Positions 32,201-39,981 of a DNA stretch of 52,462 bases are shown piece by piece. Both the position numbers and the translations under genes were made by a program. Under the pieces are notes generated by a model. That model was given only the letters and a program-made list of their open reading frames with translations, searched no databases and was not told the DNA's origin. The DNA is taken from positions 1-52,462 of the forward strand of contig CAZQRT010000002.1 in assembly GCA_964596105.1 (NCBI GenBank), given 5' to 3'. Origin of the DNA: an uncultured Erysipelotrichales bacterium. Its GTDB lineage: Bacteria; Bacillota_I; Bacilli_A; Erysipelotrichales; Coprobacillaceae. How positions within the stretch are numbered: position 1 is the first letter of the stretch; every line of letters begins with the position of its first letter.

Positions 32201-33488
32201 GTCGATCCGCTCGGCCCAGCTGGAATATCTCGCCCAGGGCTGTTCCGGGGTGAAGCGCACGACCGGCCAGCATCCCGGGGGCATTATCGTCATTCCTAAA
32301 GATATGGATGTGTATGATTTTACCCCGGTGCAGTATCCGGCCGATGATACCGAATCTTTATGGAAAACAACCCATTTTGATTTCCACGCGATTCATGACA
32401 ATGTTTTGAAACTGGATATTTTAGGTCATGTTGATCCTACCGTGATCCGCATGCTGCAGGACATGACCGGGGTGGACCCGAAAACGATTCCTAATAATGA
32501 TCCCAAGGTTTTAAGTCTGTTTAACTCGTGTGAGGCGATGGGCATTGATCTGGGCTATCTGTCGTGCCAGACCGGGGCGCTCGGTTTGCCGGAGTTTGGC
32601 ACGCCGTTTGTGCGCAGCATGCTGGAGCAGACCCATCCCCAGACCTTTCATGATCTGTTGATCATATCGGGGCTTTCCCACGGCACCAATGTCTGGGTGG
32701 ATAACGCCGATCTTCTGATCCGCTCCGGGACCTGCTCTTTGCAGGAGGTTATCGGCTGCCGTGACGACATCATGATCTATCTTTTGCAGCACGGCCTGGA
32801 ACCGCTGGAGGCTTTTAAGATCATGGAATTTGTCCGCAAGGGCAATGCCTCCCGGGACAAGGAAGGCTGGCAGCAGTGGGTCAAGGTTCTTGAGGATCAT
32901 CATATCGCTTCCTGGTATATTGATTCGTGCGCCAAGATTCAGTACATGTTTCCAAAAGCGCATGCCACCGCCTATGTCCTTTCCGCGGTGCGCGTCGCCT
33001 GGTGGAAGCTCTATTATCCTCTGGAGTATTACGCCGTTTATTTCACGACGCGCTGCGATGCCTTTGAGATTGAGACGATGGTGCAGGGCAAGGCGGCGGT
33101 GCTGAAAAGGCATGAGGAGCTGGGGGCGCTGATGCAGGCCAAGAAGTCCACCAAGAAAGACGATGATCTTTACGCCATGTTTGAAATCTGCCTGGAGATG
33201 TATGAGAGGGGCTTTCATTTTTCCAATATCAGTCTGGCGGCTTCCCAGGCGACCCGTTTTATCGTCGACAAAGATCATCCGCGCGCGATTCTGCCCCCGT
33301 TTTCCGTGATTGACGGCCTCGGGGAGGCGGTCGCCCAAAGCGTCATCGAGGCCCGTGAGGATCATCCTTTTTTAAGCAAGGAGGATGTCATCAAACGCAC
33401 CAGGCTGAACAATTCGCATATTAAATTTTTAACGAAAATGCGCGTTTTTGAAGGAATGCAGGAAGAAAATCAGCTTTCGCTGTTTTAA
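29226..33488 (+). CDS. polC: DNA polymerase III alpha subunit, PolC type
   Basis: The protein is 1420 aa. It has a PHP domain (ELHLHTNNSAMDG), an inserted DnaQ-type exonuclease (FDLETTGL...HNAEFD...H.ADYDA), a zinc finger CPRCG...CPVCH and a polymerase core. Confidence 0.97.
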   Translation: MNKMAVLLNQLQVEEDEQLAGGVLKEVTVDENDCYSFFIALEEPLSFQKYIAFQKALARFPYPAEAFFETRTPLYVKDEVLLFAAYFAKMNDAAQNLKMDYEGDTLTVYAVSAVQKPGLEDFAQALAEQMEQAGYKIYCRIAVDDQDEDFLKLKADLEKPQDIQVAPVKKEERPVRRYKKEYVATPLKALDGSQKYVSVEGFIFKTETAKTKAGKAAQTLWLTDYEDAVMLKRFEGPKCSLEEMNDFAKGNVYVAVRGEVSHDNYEKELVIYPDDISVVAKPDARFDDAENKRIELHLHTNNSAMDGISDITSYVKRAREWGYEAIALTDHNNVQSFPEAEAAAKKYQMKMIYGVELSVISPDLELVKNARSADLSQAEYISFDLETTGLSCQFDEITEFGAVKISRGEIVDRFQTFVKPSAPIPDAVVRLTHITNEMVRDAPDIATVMPEILAFFGDDVLVAHNAEFDIGFMNEALKKMGRPPLANPYIDSLPLARAMLKPMKSYRLGAIARAYKVSYDDEVAHRADYDAEVLGRVVLMMFHQLLQEGVRDLRDLNAYWDVDEACHHAYSYHMTVLAKNQTGLKDLFKLVTETNTTYFNEEPRVPKELVAYYRQELLVGSSCYKSDVFEAALNSSDEKLAELVSFYDYIEIQPLEDYEHVVARGNARDMDRVRAALKRLIAAARKQNKIIVATGDVHFLDPEDKIFREVFITNPTIGINHRAHPLCDRKNPRAVNPDCYFRTTGEMLASYSRWLDEAEAYELVVTNPKLIAGQIEEVRVVHDQLYTPAIAGADEKLSSQCYATAKKMYGDPLPDIVASRLDRELNSIIKHGFGVIYYIASRLVRKSNEDGYLVGSRGSVGSSLVATLSGITEVNPLPPHYRCPRCGYSEFVDEKLYPDGFDLEPKLCPVCHEPLIGDGHNIPFETFLGFDGDKVPDIDLNFSGDYQWRAHDYTKVLFGEDKVYRAGTINTVANKTAYGFARGYGELLGIDQSIRSAQLEYLAQGCSGVKRTTGQHPGGIIVIPKDMDVYDFTPVQYPADDTESLWKTTHFDFHAIHDNVLKLDILGHVDPTVIRMLQDMTGVDPKTIPNNDPKVLSLFNSCEAMGIDLGYLSCQTGALGLPEFGTPFVRSMLEQTHPQTFHDLLIISGLSHGTNVWVDNADLLIRSGTCSLQEVIGCRDDIMIYLLQHGLEPLEAFKIMEFVRKGNASRDKEGWQQWVKVLEDHHIASWYIDSCAKIQYMFPKAHATAYVLSAVRVAWWKLYYPLEYYAVYFTTRCDAFEIETMVQGKAAVLKRHEELGALMQAKKSTKKDDDLYAMFEICLEMYERGFHFSNISLAASQATRFIVDKDHPRAILPPFSVIDGLGEAVAQSVIEAREDHPFLSKEDVIKRTRLNNSHIKFLTKMRVFEGMQEENQLSLF

Positions 33489-33491
33489 GCC

Positions 33492-33519
33492 TTGCATTTT
33501 AAAAGGAATATGCTAAAAT
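33492..33519 (+). promoter_or_regulatory. rimP-nusA operon promoter (TTGCAT-16-TGcTAAAAT)
   Basis: The -35 lies at 33492-97 and the extended -10 at 33511-19. Confidence 0.6.
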
Positions 33520-33540
33520 AGGTTTGCGTAAGAAAAAAGC

Positions 33541-33568
33541 GAGTGGGGGAACCCACTCTTTATTGTTG
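33541..33568 (+). terminator. terminator-like hairpin in the rimP-nusA leader (interrupted U-tract)
   Basis: The hairpin GAGTGGG-GGAA-CCCACTC is followed by TTTATTGTT. It lies downstream of the promoter and upstream of the rimP SD. Confidence 0.55.
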
Positions 33569-33583
33569 GAAAAGGGGAGTCAT

Positions 33584-34048
33584 ATGATCGTTCAAGCCGT
33601 AACAGACCTGGTGCAGGAAACCTTGCGGGACATGGCCTGTGAGCTTTATGACGTCGTTTATGAGCAAGTCGACGGGGAATGGTATTTACGTATCTTCGCG
33701 GATAAAATTGACGGGGATCTGGATCTCGACACGTGTGTGGCTTTAAGCGAGGCGATCAGCGCTTTGCTGGATGAGGCGGATTTAATCAGTCACGAGTACT
33801 ACCTGGAAGTGTCCTCGCCGGGGGCGGAGCGGCCGTTGAAAAGTCTCGCCGCGGTTAAAGCGGCCGTCGGGGAGTATATTTATATGACCTTCGCGAAGCC
33901 GCAAAATGGTTTGACGGACTTGTACGGCACGCTGCGGGATGTCCATGATGATATCCTGGAAGTGGATTATCTGGTGAAAAACATTCAAAAGCATATGGCG
34001 GTGGCCTATGCGGATATTGCCTTTATTCGTTTAGCGGTACGATTTTAG
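33584..34048 (+). CDS. rimP: ribosome maturation factor RimP
   Basis: ATG 33584 follows AAAGGGGAG. The translation has LEVSSPGAERPLK. The protein is 154 aa and the gene precedes nusA. Confidence 0.9.
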   Translation: MIVQAVTDLVQETLRDMACELYDVVYEQVDGEWYLRIFADKIDGDLDLDTCVALSEAISALLDEADLISHEYYLEVSSPGAERPLKSLAAVKAAVGEYIYMTFAKPQNGLTDLYGTLRDVHDDILEVDYLVKNIQKHMAVAYADIAFIRLAVRF

Positions 34049-34058
34049 GGGGATTATT

Positions 34059-35561
34059 ATGGCGGAACAAAGTAATGGATTCTTGGAAGCTTTAGACGCG
34101 CTGGAAAGCGAGCGGGGCATCAGCCGCGAGACGGTTTTTGACGCCTTGAAAGAAGCTCTGGAGAAATCATACAAACGTAATTATTTATGCCCGGAAGCGA
34201 ATGTGCGCGTCGAAATCGATCCGGACACTTTCGCGATCTCGCTGTATGAGATTCGCGAGGTGGTCGATGATGTCAATGATGAGGATCTCGAGGTCAGCCT
34301 GGAGGAGGCCCAGGCGGTCAATCCCGATTACAAGATCGGGGACCAGGTGGAGACCAAGGTGGATCCCCAGGTTTTCGGCCGCCTCGCGGCCAGTCAGACC
34401 AAGCAGATTTTGCGGCAGAAGATCCGCGAAGCGGAGAAGGAAGTTCTCTATAACGAGTATATCGATAAAAAGGACGAGATTATCACCGGCACGGTCGACA
34501 GCAAACTGCAGTTCGGCTGGATTATCAACATCGGCAAGATGGGCGCGATCCTTCCGGCCAGCCGCATGATTCCTAACGAGAAACTGGTGCCCGGCCAGCC
34601 GATCAAGGTCTATGTGACGGATGTGGAAAATAACGCCAAGGGCGCCCGCGTCAGTGTTTCGCGGACCGATCCGCAGCTGGTGAAACGGCTGTTTGAGCTG
34701 GAGGTGCCGGAAATTTACGACGGCACGGTGGAGATTAAAAACGTGAGCCGCGAACCGGGCCAGCGCTGCAAGATCGCGGTTTACGCCAAAAACAAGATGG
34801 TGGATCCGATCGGCGCCTGTGTCGGTCCAAAGGGCACCCGGGTGAGAAATATCGTCAATGAGCTGAACGGGGAAATGGTCGATATTGTCCTTTATGACAA
34901 GGACCCGAAAGTGTTTATCGCCAACGCCCTGAGTCCGGCCCAGGTGAAGCGGGTTTTACTGCATAAAGAGGATGACGTGAAAACCGCCACGGTCATCGTC
35001 AATGACAACCAGCTGTCTTTGGCGATCGGCAAAAGCGGTCAGAACGCCCGTTTGGCGGTGCGTTTGACGGAGTGGAAGATCGATATTAAATCGCAAAGCG
35101 AGGCGGACGCCGAAGGGCTGGATTACGCCGCTTTGGATGATTACCGGATGGAAGTCAAGAAGCCGGAACCGGTGGTAGAAGAAGTAGAGCCGGTTGTGGA
35201 GATGGTCGCTGAACCGGAAACTGTTGAGGAAATCCCTGCGGTTGAGGAGCCGGTAGTTGAAGAGGCTGTTCCCGAAGTGCCTGAGGAAGAGCCGGAACCA
35301 GAACCGGTGGTTATTCCCGATATCATCCCGGATATTATTCCGGTTATGCCGCAGCCGAAGAAAAAGAAGAAAGAGAACCGCAGCGCCCCGCGCCGCGATT
35401 ATGTCCGCCCGGCCGCCCCGACGCCGAAGAAAAATATCGAGGCGATGCCGATTTTTACCGAGGACGAGGATTACGATTACGAATATGACGATGACGATGA
35501 TTTAGCTAAATACGACGAGGACATCGATTACGATGCCTACGACGAGTATTACGATAATTAA
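34059..35561 (+). CDS. nusA: transcription termination/antitermination factor NusA with long low-complexity C-terminal tail
   Basis: The N-terminal domain, S1 and two KH domains are present (LSLAIGKSGQNARLA...WKIDI). About 150 extra residues rich in P/E/V and then D/Y follow. Confidence 0.95.
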   Translation: MAEQSNGFLEALDALESERGISRETVFDALKEALEKSYKRNYLCPEANVRVEIDPDTFAISLYEIREVVDDVNDEDLEVSLEEAQAVNPDYKIGDQVETKVDPQVFGRLAASQTKQILRQKIREAEKEVLYNEYIDKKDEIITGTVDSKLQFGWIINIGKMGAILPASRMIPNEKLVPGQPIKVYVTDVENNAKGARVSVSRTDPQLVKRLFELEVPEIYDGTVEIKNVSREPGQRCKIAVYAKNKMVDPIGACVGPKGTRVRNIVNELNGEMVDIVLYDKDPKVFIANALSPAQVKRVLLHKEDDVKTATVIVNDNQLSLAIGKSGQNARLAVRLTEWKIDIKSQSEADAEGLDYAALDDYRMEVKKPEPVVEEVEPVVEMVAEPETVEEIPAVEEPVVEEAVPEVPEEEPEPEPVVIPDIIPDIIPVMPQPKKKKKENRSAPRRDYVRPAAPTPKKNIEAMPIFTEDEDYDYEYDDDDDLAKYDEDIDYDAYDEYYDN

Positions 35562-35575
35562 GGACAGGTGATTTC

Positions 35576-35833
35576 ATGCGTAAGATCCCGATGCGCAAAT
35601 GTGTCGCCACTGGTGAACAGCTTCCGAAAAAGGAGTTAATTCGCGTCGTCAAAAATAAAGAGGGGGAAGTGTTCGTGGATGAGACCGGCAAGAAAAACGG
35701 GCGCGGGGCTTATCTGAAGCGCTCTTTGGAGGCCATTGAGCTGGCGCAAAAGAAGGGCAGCTTAAAGCGGGCACTGGAGACAGATATCCCCGCGGAAATC
35801 TATGAGGAGCTGAAGCGCTACGCCGTCAAGTAA
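35576..35833 (+). CDS. ylxR: YlxR/RnpM family (DUF448) RNA-binding protein
   Basis: The translation has MRKCVATGE...ELIRVV...GRGAYL. Confidence 0.9.
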   Translation: MRKIPMRKCVATGEQLPKKELIRVVKNKEGEVFVDETGKKNGRGAYLKRSLEAIELAQKKGSLKRALETDIPAEIYEELKRYAVK

Positions 35834-35837
35834 GGCG

Positions 35838-36194
35838 CTGGCGGGGCTGGCGGGACTGGCTTTCCGGGCCGGCAAGGTCGTTTACGGCAGCGCGGTTTTC
35901 GCCGCGATCAAAAGCCGCCAGGCCTGTCTGGTGCTTTATGACGCCGGCGCTTCCGAAAATACCCGAAAGAAGATCCGCGACAAGACGTCATTTTATCATG
36001 TCAAAGCTGTCGCGAGAGATGATTTTGCCCTTTTAGCGAGCGCGATTTCAAAACCGCGGATTAAGGCTTTCGCCATCATGGACAAGGGCTTCGCGGCCCG
36101 GATGATCAACGAGATAGAGGAAGGTGTATCAAATGGCAAAAATGGCCAAGAAACGTCCGGTGAACAACCGGCCGAAAAAGAATTCCAATTATAA
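35838..36194 (+). CDS. ylxQ: L7Ae-family ribosomal-protein-like YlxQ; start codon uncertain (non-canonical)
   Basis: The reading frame is open from 35814 and encodes the conserved N-terminal [14 protein letters not shown]...[12 protein letters not shown]. The first ATG/GTG/TTG is GTG 35931, which would delete that motif. A CTG lies at 35838, 4 nt after the ylxR stop. The 3' end overlaps infB by 62 nt. Confidence 0.6.
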   Translation: MAGLAGLAFRAGKVVYGSAVFAAIKSRQACLVLYDAGASENTRKKIRDKTSFYHVKAVARDDFALLASAISKPRIKAFAIMDKGFAARMINEIEEGVSNGKNGQETSGEQPAEKEFQL

Positions 36195-37998
36195 TCGCAA
36201 TAAAAAAAGAAATCCGGGTAATCCCGCCCGCCCGGCCGCGGCGGAAAACAGCGTGATCGTCTATGAAGAGGGCATCACGGTTGGCGAACTGGCAAACAAG
36301 CTGAATAAGCCGGTGGCGGAAGTCAGCAAGTTTCTGTTTCTTTTGGGAAAGCTTTTGAATATCAACTCCTCGCTCGATGATGAGACGGTGGAGCTGGTCT
36401 GTATGGAATACGGCCGCGAGGCGCAAAAGCATGTTGAGATTAGCGCCGCGAACTTTGAGGATATCGTGGAGGTCGACAACCCGGAGGATCTCGAGGAGAG
36501 ACCGCCGGTGGTGACGATCATGGGACATGTCGATCACGGCAAGACGACCCTGCTCGACGCGATTCGCAATTCGCGGATCGTGGACAAGGAGTTTGGCGGC
36601 ATCACCCAGCATATCGGGGCTTATCAGGTCGATGTGAACGGCAAGAAGGTCACCTTTCTGGATACCCCCGGCCATGAGGCTTTCACGGCGATGCGCGCCC
36701 GCGGGGCGCAGATCACCGATATTGTCATCATTGTCGTGGCCGCCGATGACGGCGTGATGCCGCAGACGAAAGAGGCCATCGACCACGCCCGCGCCGCCGG
36801 GGTTCCGATTGTCGTGGCCATCAACAAAATGGACAAACCGGGCGCTGATCCGGACCGCATCATGAGCGAAATGAGCGATCTCGGCCTGCTGCCGGAAGCC
36901 TGGGGCGGCGATACTGTCTTTATCCAGATGTCGGCGCGGAAAAATGAGGGCATCGACGAGCTTCTGGAAGCGCTGATTGTCGTCGCGGAAATGGCGGATT
37001 TAAAGGCCAATCCCCATCGTCCGGCGCTCGGCAGCGTCGTCGAGGGGCGGCTTGACAAGGGCCGCGGACCGGTCGCCACGCTGTTGATTCAAAACGGCAC
37101 GCTGCATGTCGGCGATCCGGTGGTGGTCGGCACCGCCTACGGCAAGGTGCGCCAGATGCTCGATGATCAGGGTCAGGAGATCACAGCCGCGGGACCGTCG
37201 ACGCCGGTGGAAATATCCGGTTTGAATGATGTTCCCAGCGCCGGTGACAAGTTCAAGGCTTTCACCAATGAAAAAGAGGCCAGACATATCGGCGAGCAGC
37301 GTCTGAAGGAGCGTCAGGAAAAGGAGAGACGGCAGACCAGCGCGATGTCTCTGGAGGACCTCTACGCGCAGATCAACAGCGGCAATGTCCAGGATATTAA
37401 CATTATCGTCAAAGCCGATGTACAGGGCACCGCGGAAGCGGTCAAGGCGAGCCTGGAGAAGATCACCATGGATAATATTCATGTCAAGGTCATCCGCTCG
37501 ACGGTCGGGGCGATCAGTGAGTCCGATATCCTTTTAGCCAGCGCGTCCAACGCCATCATCTACGGCTTTAATGTCCGCCCGGACGCGAATGTGCGCAAAA
37601 AGGCGGAGAGTGAGGGTGTCGAGATCCGTCTCCATAATATCATCTATAAGATGGTTGAGGAAATCGAGGCCGCGATGCGCGGCATGCTCACGCCGGAACT
37701 GGCCGAAGTGGTCATCGGGCAGGCGGAAATCCGCCAGGTCATCAAGATCAGCAAGGTGGGCAGTGTCGCCGGCTGCTATGTCTCGGACGGAGTCATGCGC
37801 CGCGACAGTCAGGTGCGTCTGATTCGCGACGGCGTCGTCATTTACGAGGGACAGGTTGGCAGTCTGCGGCGTTTCCAGAATGATGTGCGCGAAGTCACGG
37901 CCGGCTATGAATGCGGCATGACCATCGCCAACTACAATGATATCAAGGAAGGCGATATCATCGAGGGCTTTGAAATGCAGGAAGTGGAACGGGCATGA
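36133..37998 (+). CDS. infB: translation initiation factor IF-2
   Basis: ATG 36133 lies about 8 nt downstream of the GAGGAAGG core of the SD-like run GAGGAAGGTG (36117-36126). The GTPase domain has [20 protein letters not shown] and NKMD. The protein is 621 aa. Confidence 0.95.
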   Translation: MAKMAKKRPVNNRPKKNSNYNRNKKRNPGNPARPAAAENSVIVYEEGITVGELANKLNKPVAEVSKFLFLLGKLLNINSSLDDETVELVCMEYGREAQKHVEISAANFEDIVEVDNPEDLEERPPVVTIMGHVDHGKTTLLDAIRNSRIVDKEFGGITQHIGAYQVDVNGKKVTFLDTPGHEAFTAMRARGAQITDIVIIVVAADDGVMPQTKEAIDHARAAGVPIVVAINKMDKPGADPDRIMSEMSDLGLLPEAWGGDTVFIQMSARKNEGIDELLEALIVVAEMADLKANPHRPALGSVVEGRLDKGRGPVATLLIQNGTLHVGDPVVVGTAYGKVRQMLDDQGQEITAAGPSTPVEISGLNDVPSAGDKFKAFTNEKEARHIGEQRLKERQEKERRQTSAMSLEDLYAQINSGNVQDINIIVKADVQGTAEAVKASLEKITMDNIHVKVIRSTVGAISESDILLASASNAIIYGFNVRPDANVRKKAESEGVEIRLHNIIYKMVEEIEAAMRGMLTPELAEVVIGQAEIRQVIKISKVGSVAGCYVSDGVMRRDSQVRLIRDGVVIYEGQVGSLRRFQNDVREVTAGYECGMTIANYNDIKEGDIIEGFEMQEVERA

Positions 37999-38345
37999 CG
38001 TTAAAGACCGCCAGGCTCAACGGCATCATTCAAAGGGAGCTGACTGATATCTTCGCCCATGAGGTGAAAGACAAGAAGCTGGGCTTTATGACCATTACCG
38101 GGGTTGATGTGACCAGGGATCTGTCCTACGCGAAGGTTTATGTGACGTTTCTTGGCAAGAAGTATAAAAGCCGGGACGGCATGGCGGCTTTAGAGCGCTG
38201 CAACGGTTATGTGCGCACCCTTCTCGCCCGGCGCCTGACCACCCGCAAGGTGCCGCAGCTGCGCTTTGTGCTGGACACTTCTTTAGAGTACGGAAATCAT
38301 ATTGACAGCATTCTTGAGGATATGAAAGAAGACGGCAGTGTTTAG
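37995..38345 (+). CDS. rbfA: ribosome-binding factor A
   Basis: It overlaps infB by ATGA. The translation has R...I.REL..I...VKD..LGF.TITGV.V..DL..AKVYV. Confidence 0.9.
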   Translation: MTLKTARLNGIIQRELTDIFAHEVKDKKLGFMTITGVDVTRDLSYAKVYVTFLGKKYKSRDGMAALERCNGYVRTLLARRLTTRKVPQLRFVLDTSLEYGNHIDSILEDMKEDGSV

Positions 38346-38360
38346 GCACTGCCTTTTTTG
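38334..38360 (+). terminator. rho-independent terminator
   Basis: The hairpin GGCAGTG-TTTAGG-CACTGCC is followed by T6. Confidence 0.85.
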
Positions 38361-38424
38361 ACATTTTCTTATAATAAACTTCTAAACGTGATATAATGAA
38401 ATAAACAATAGTTTTGAAGAAAGG

Positions 38425-39312
38425 GTGACGGCAGTGATCACATTAAAAAATCAGTATCTGGCAGTTGATTTACATCCTAAAGGAGCGGAAATTCACCGCA
38501 TCATCGGCCAGAAGGATCAAATGAATTACATGTGGAAAAGGGATGCTTCCCTGTGGGCCAACAGCGCCCCGATTCTTTTCCCGATTGTCGGGGCTTTGCG
38601 CAATGACACCTGTGTTATCGAAGGCAAAGAGTATCATATGACGCAGCACGGGTTTGCCCGGCACCAGGAGTTTGATACCGAGAAAGAAGGCGACACGAAG
38701 GTGACGTTCACCTTGCGTTCCAATCCCGAAATCGCCAGGCAGTATCCTTATCTATTCGCGTTGCGCGTGATTTACACGCTGGAGGAGTCCAGCCTGGTTT
38801 GTCATCTCGAAGTAGAAAACGAGGATGACAAACCGATCGTTTTCTCGCTGGGCGGCCATCCCGCTTTCGCCTGCCCGTTTTATGAAAATGAGTCCAGTAA
38901 TGACTATTATCTGGAGTTTTCGCAAAATGAGACGCTGGAACGCAAGATCATCGATGTCGAGAAGCGCGGCATGTCGCGTAAGACTGAGCCGTTTTTAGAC
39001 AATGAGCGAAGGTTCTTTGTCCGCCAGGCGATGTTTGACCGCGACGCGATCGTCGTCAAAAACTTCCAAAGCGAGTCGGTCGCTTTAAGAAGTCTGAACC
39101 ATGACAAAGCCATTATTTTCCATATGGAGAACTTTGAGCATCTCGGCTTATGGGCCAGCAAACATGTCGGCGGTCTCATCGCGATTGAGCCGTGGATCGG
39201 CCACGCTGATTATGTGGATTTCACCGGAAGCTTCGCTGAGAAAGAGTGCATCCGCACTTTGCCGGTCCATGAAGTATTCAAGGCCTGCTTTAAAATTGAG
39301 ATCGCGCAGTAG
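38425..39312 (+). CDS. aldose 1-epimerase family protein (LacX/YphB-like)
   Basis: The N-terminus has KGAE...W....W....PILFPIVG......Y.M.QHGFAR, typical of the LacX subgroup. The start is GTG 38425 or GTG 38434. Confidence 0.75.
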   Translation: MTAVITLKNQYLAVDLHPKGAEIHRIIGQKDQMNYMWKRDASLWANSAPILFPIVGALRNDTCVIEGKEYHMTQHGFARHQEFDTEKEGDTKVTFTLRSNPEIARQYPYLFALRVIYTLEESSLVCHLEVENEDDKPIVFSLGGHPAFACPFYENESSNDYYLEFSQNETLERKIIDVEKRGMSRKTEPFLDNERRFFVRQAMFDRDAIVVKNFQSESVALRSLNHDKAIIFHMENFEHLGLWASKHVGGLIAIEPWIGHADYVDFTGSFAEKECIRTLPVHEVFKACFKIEIAQ

Positions 39313-39323
39313 GGGGCGGGCGC

Positions 39324-39836
39324 ATGGATTTTAACGAGGTGATCCGCGAGCGTTATTCCTGCAAGCGTTTTTCCAACAAGCTGCTGGCAAAAGAAAAGTT
39401 ACAGGCGATCCTGGAGGCCGGCCGGCTGGCTCCTACCGCCAAGAATCTCCAGGAGCAGCATATCTACATCGCCCAAAGCGAAAAAGCTTTGGAAATAATC
39501 GACAGCGTGACGCCATGCCGTTATCAGGCCCCTTGCGTACTGGTGGTGGCGTATGATCAAAGTCATGTTTTCACCTATCCCGGCCAGCGCTATCAGTCCG
39601 GGGCGGAGGACACGGTCATTGTCGCGACCCACATGATGCTCGCGGCGCAAAACGCCGGCGTGGACAGCTGCTGGATCAACAACTTTGATCCCGATGTCTT
39701 AAAAGAGCGTCTCCAGCTGCCGGAAAATGAGAAGATCGTGATGCTTCTCGATCTCGGCTACGCGGATGAGGGCGCGGGGCCTTTGCCTAATCACTCTAAA
39801 AGGAAATCTTTGGAAGAAACAGTGACTTGTATTTAA
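39324..39836 (+). CDS. nitroreductase family protein
   Basis: The N-terminus I.ERYSCKRF plus LEAGRLAPTAKN is the nitroreductase fold signature. The protein is 170 aa. Confidence 0.8.
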   Translation: MDFNEVIRERYSCKRFSNKLLAKEKLQAILEAGRLAPTAKNLQEQHIYIAQSEKALEIIDSVTPCRYQAPCVLVVAYDQSHVFTYPGQRYQSGAEDTVIVATHMMLAAQNAGVDSCWINNFDPDVLKERLQLPENEKIVMLLDLGYADEGAGPLPNHSKRKSLEETVTCI

Positions 39837-39857
39837 GCGGCTTTGGCCGCTTTTTTA
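39837..39857 (+). terminator. rho-independent terminator
   Basis: The hairpin GCGGC-TTTG-GCCGC is followed by T6. It merges into the polypyrimidine tract. Confidence 0.6.
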
Positions 39858-39957
39858 TTTTTTCTTCTTTTCTTCTTCTTTTTTTTACTTCTTCTAGTTT
39901 TTTTCTTTTTTTTTACTTCTTCATTCTTTCTTTTTTTCTTTTTCATTTTTTTCATTA
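39851..39957. repeat. ~105-bp polypyrimidine (T/C) tract on the plus strand with internal repeats
   Basis: The stretch is almost exclusively T and C. The unit TTTTTTTACTTCTTC occurs twice (39881-39895 and 39908-39922). TTTTTCAT occurs twice (39939-39946 and 39948-39955), and TTCTTCTT iterations are present. Confidence 0.9.
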
Positions 39958-39981
39958 TAAAAAAAAGCCCGTCCGGGCTTT
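39958..39981 (-). terminator. rho-independent terminator of the EIIB-ROK gene
   Basis: The minus strand reads AAAGCCC-GGAC-GGGCTTT followed by T8. Confidence 0.75.

Noticed and set aside
32511-33365. A 284-aa minus-strand ORF lies opposite the polC 3' region. Similar shadows occur at 29784-30218 and 31263-31718.
   Set aside because: These are antisense shadows within a 1420-aa conserved gene.
35826-35840. I considered a programmed +1 frameshift or readthrough that would fuse ylxR to ylxQ.
   Set aside because: The site GTC AAG TAA GGC has no slippery repairing codon. YlxR already ends at its normal length. CTG initiation or reinitiation is the simpler explanation.
36106-36786. A 226-aa minus-strand ORF lies opposite infB.
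   Set aside because: It is an antisense shadow. It has an Arg/His/Leu-rich composition and no start context.
39833-39955. A 40-codon minus-strand ORF encodes a poly-Lys/Arg peptide (MKKMKKKKRKNEEVKKKKK...).
   Set aside because: It is the reverse-complement reading of the same tract. It has no SD and lies directly after a terminator. Long AAA runs are poor coding sequence, so I keep it only as a remote possibility.
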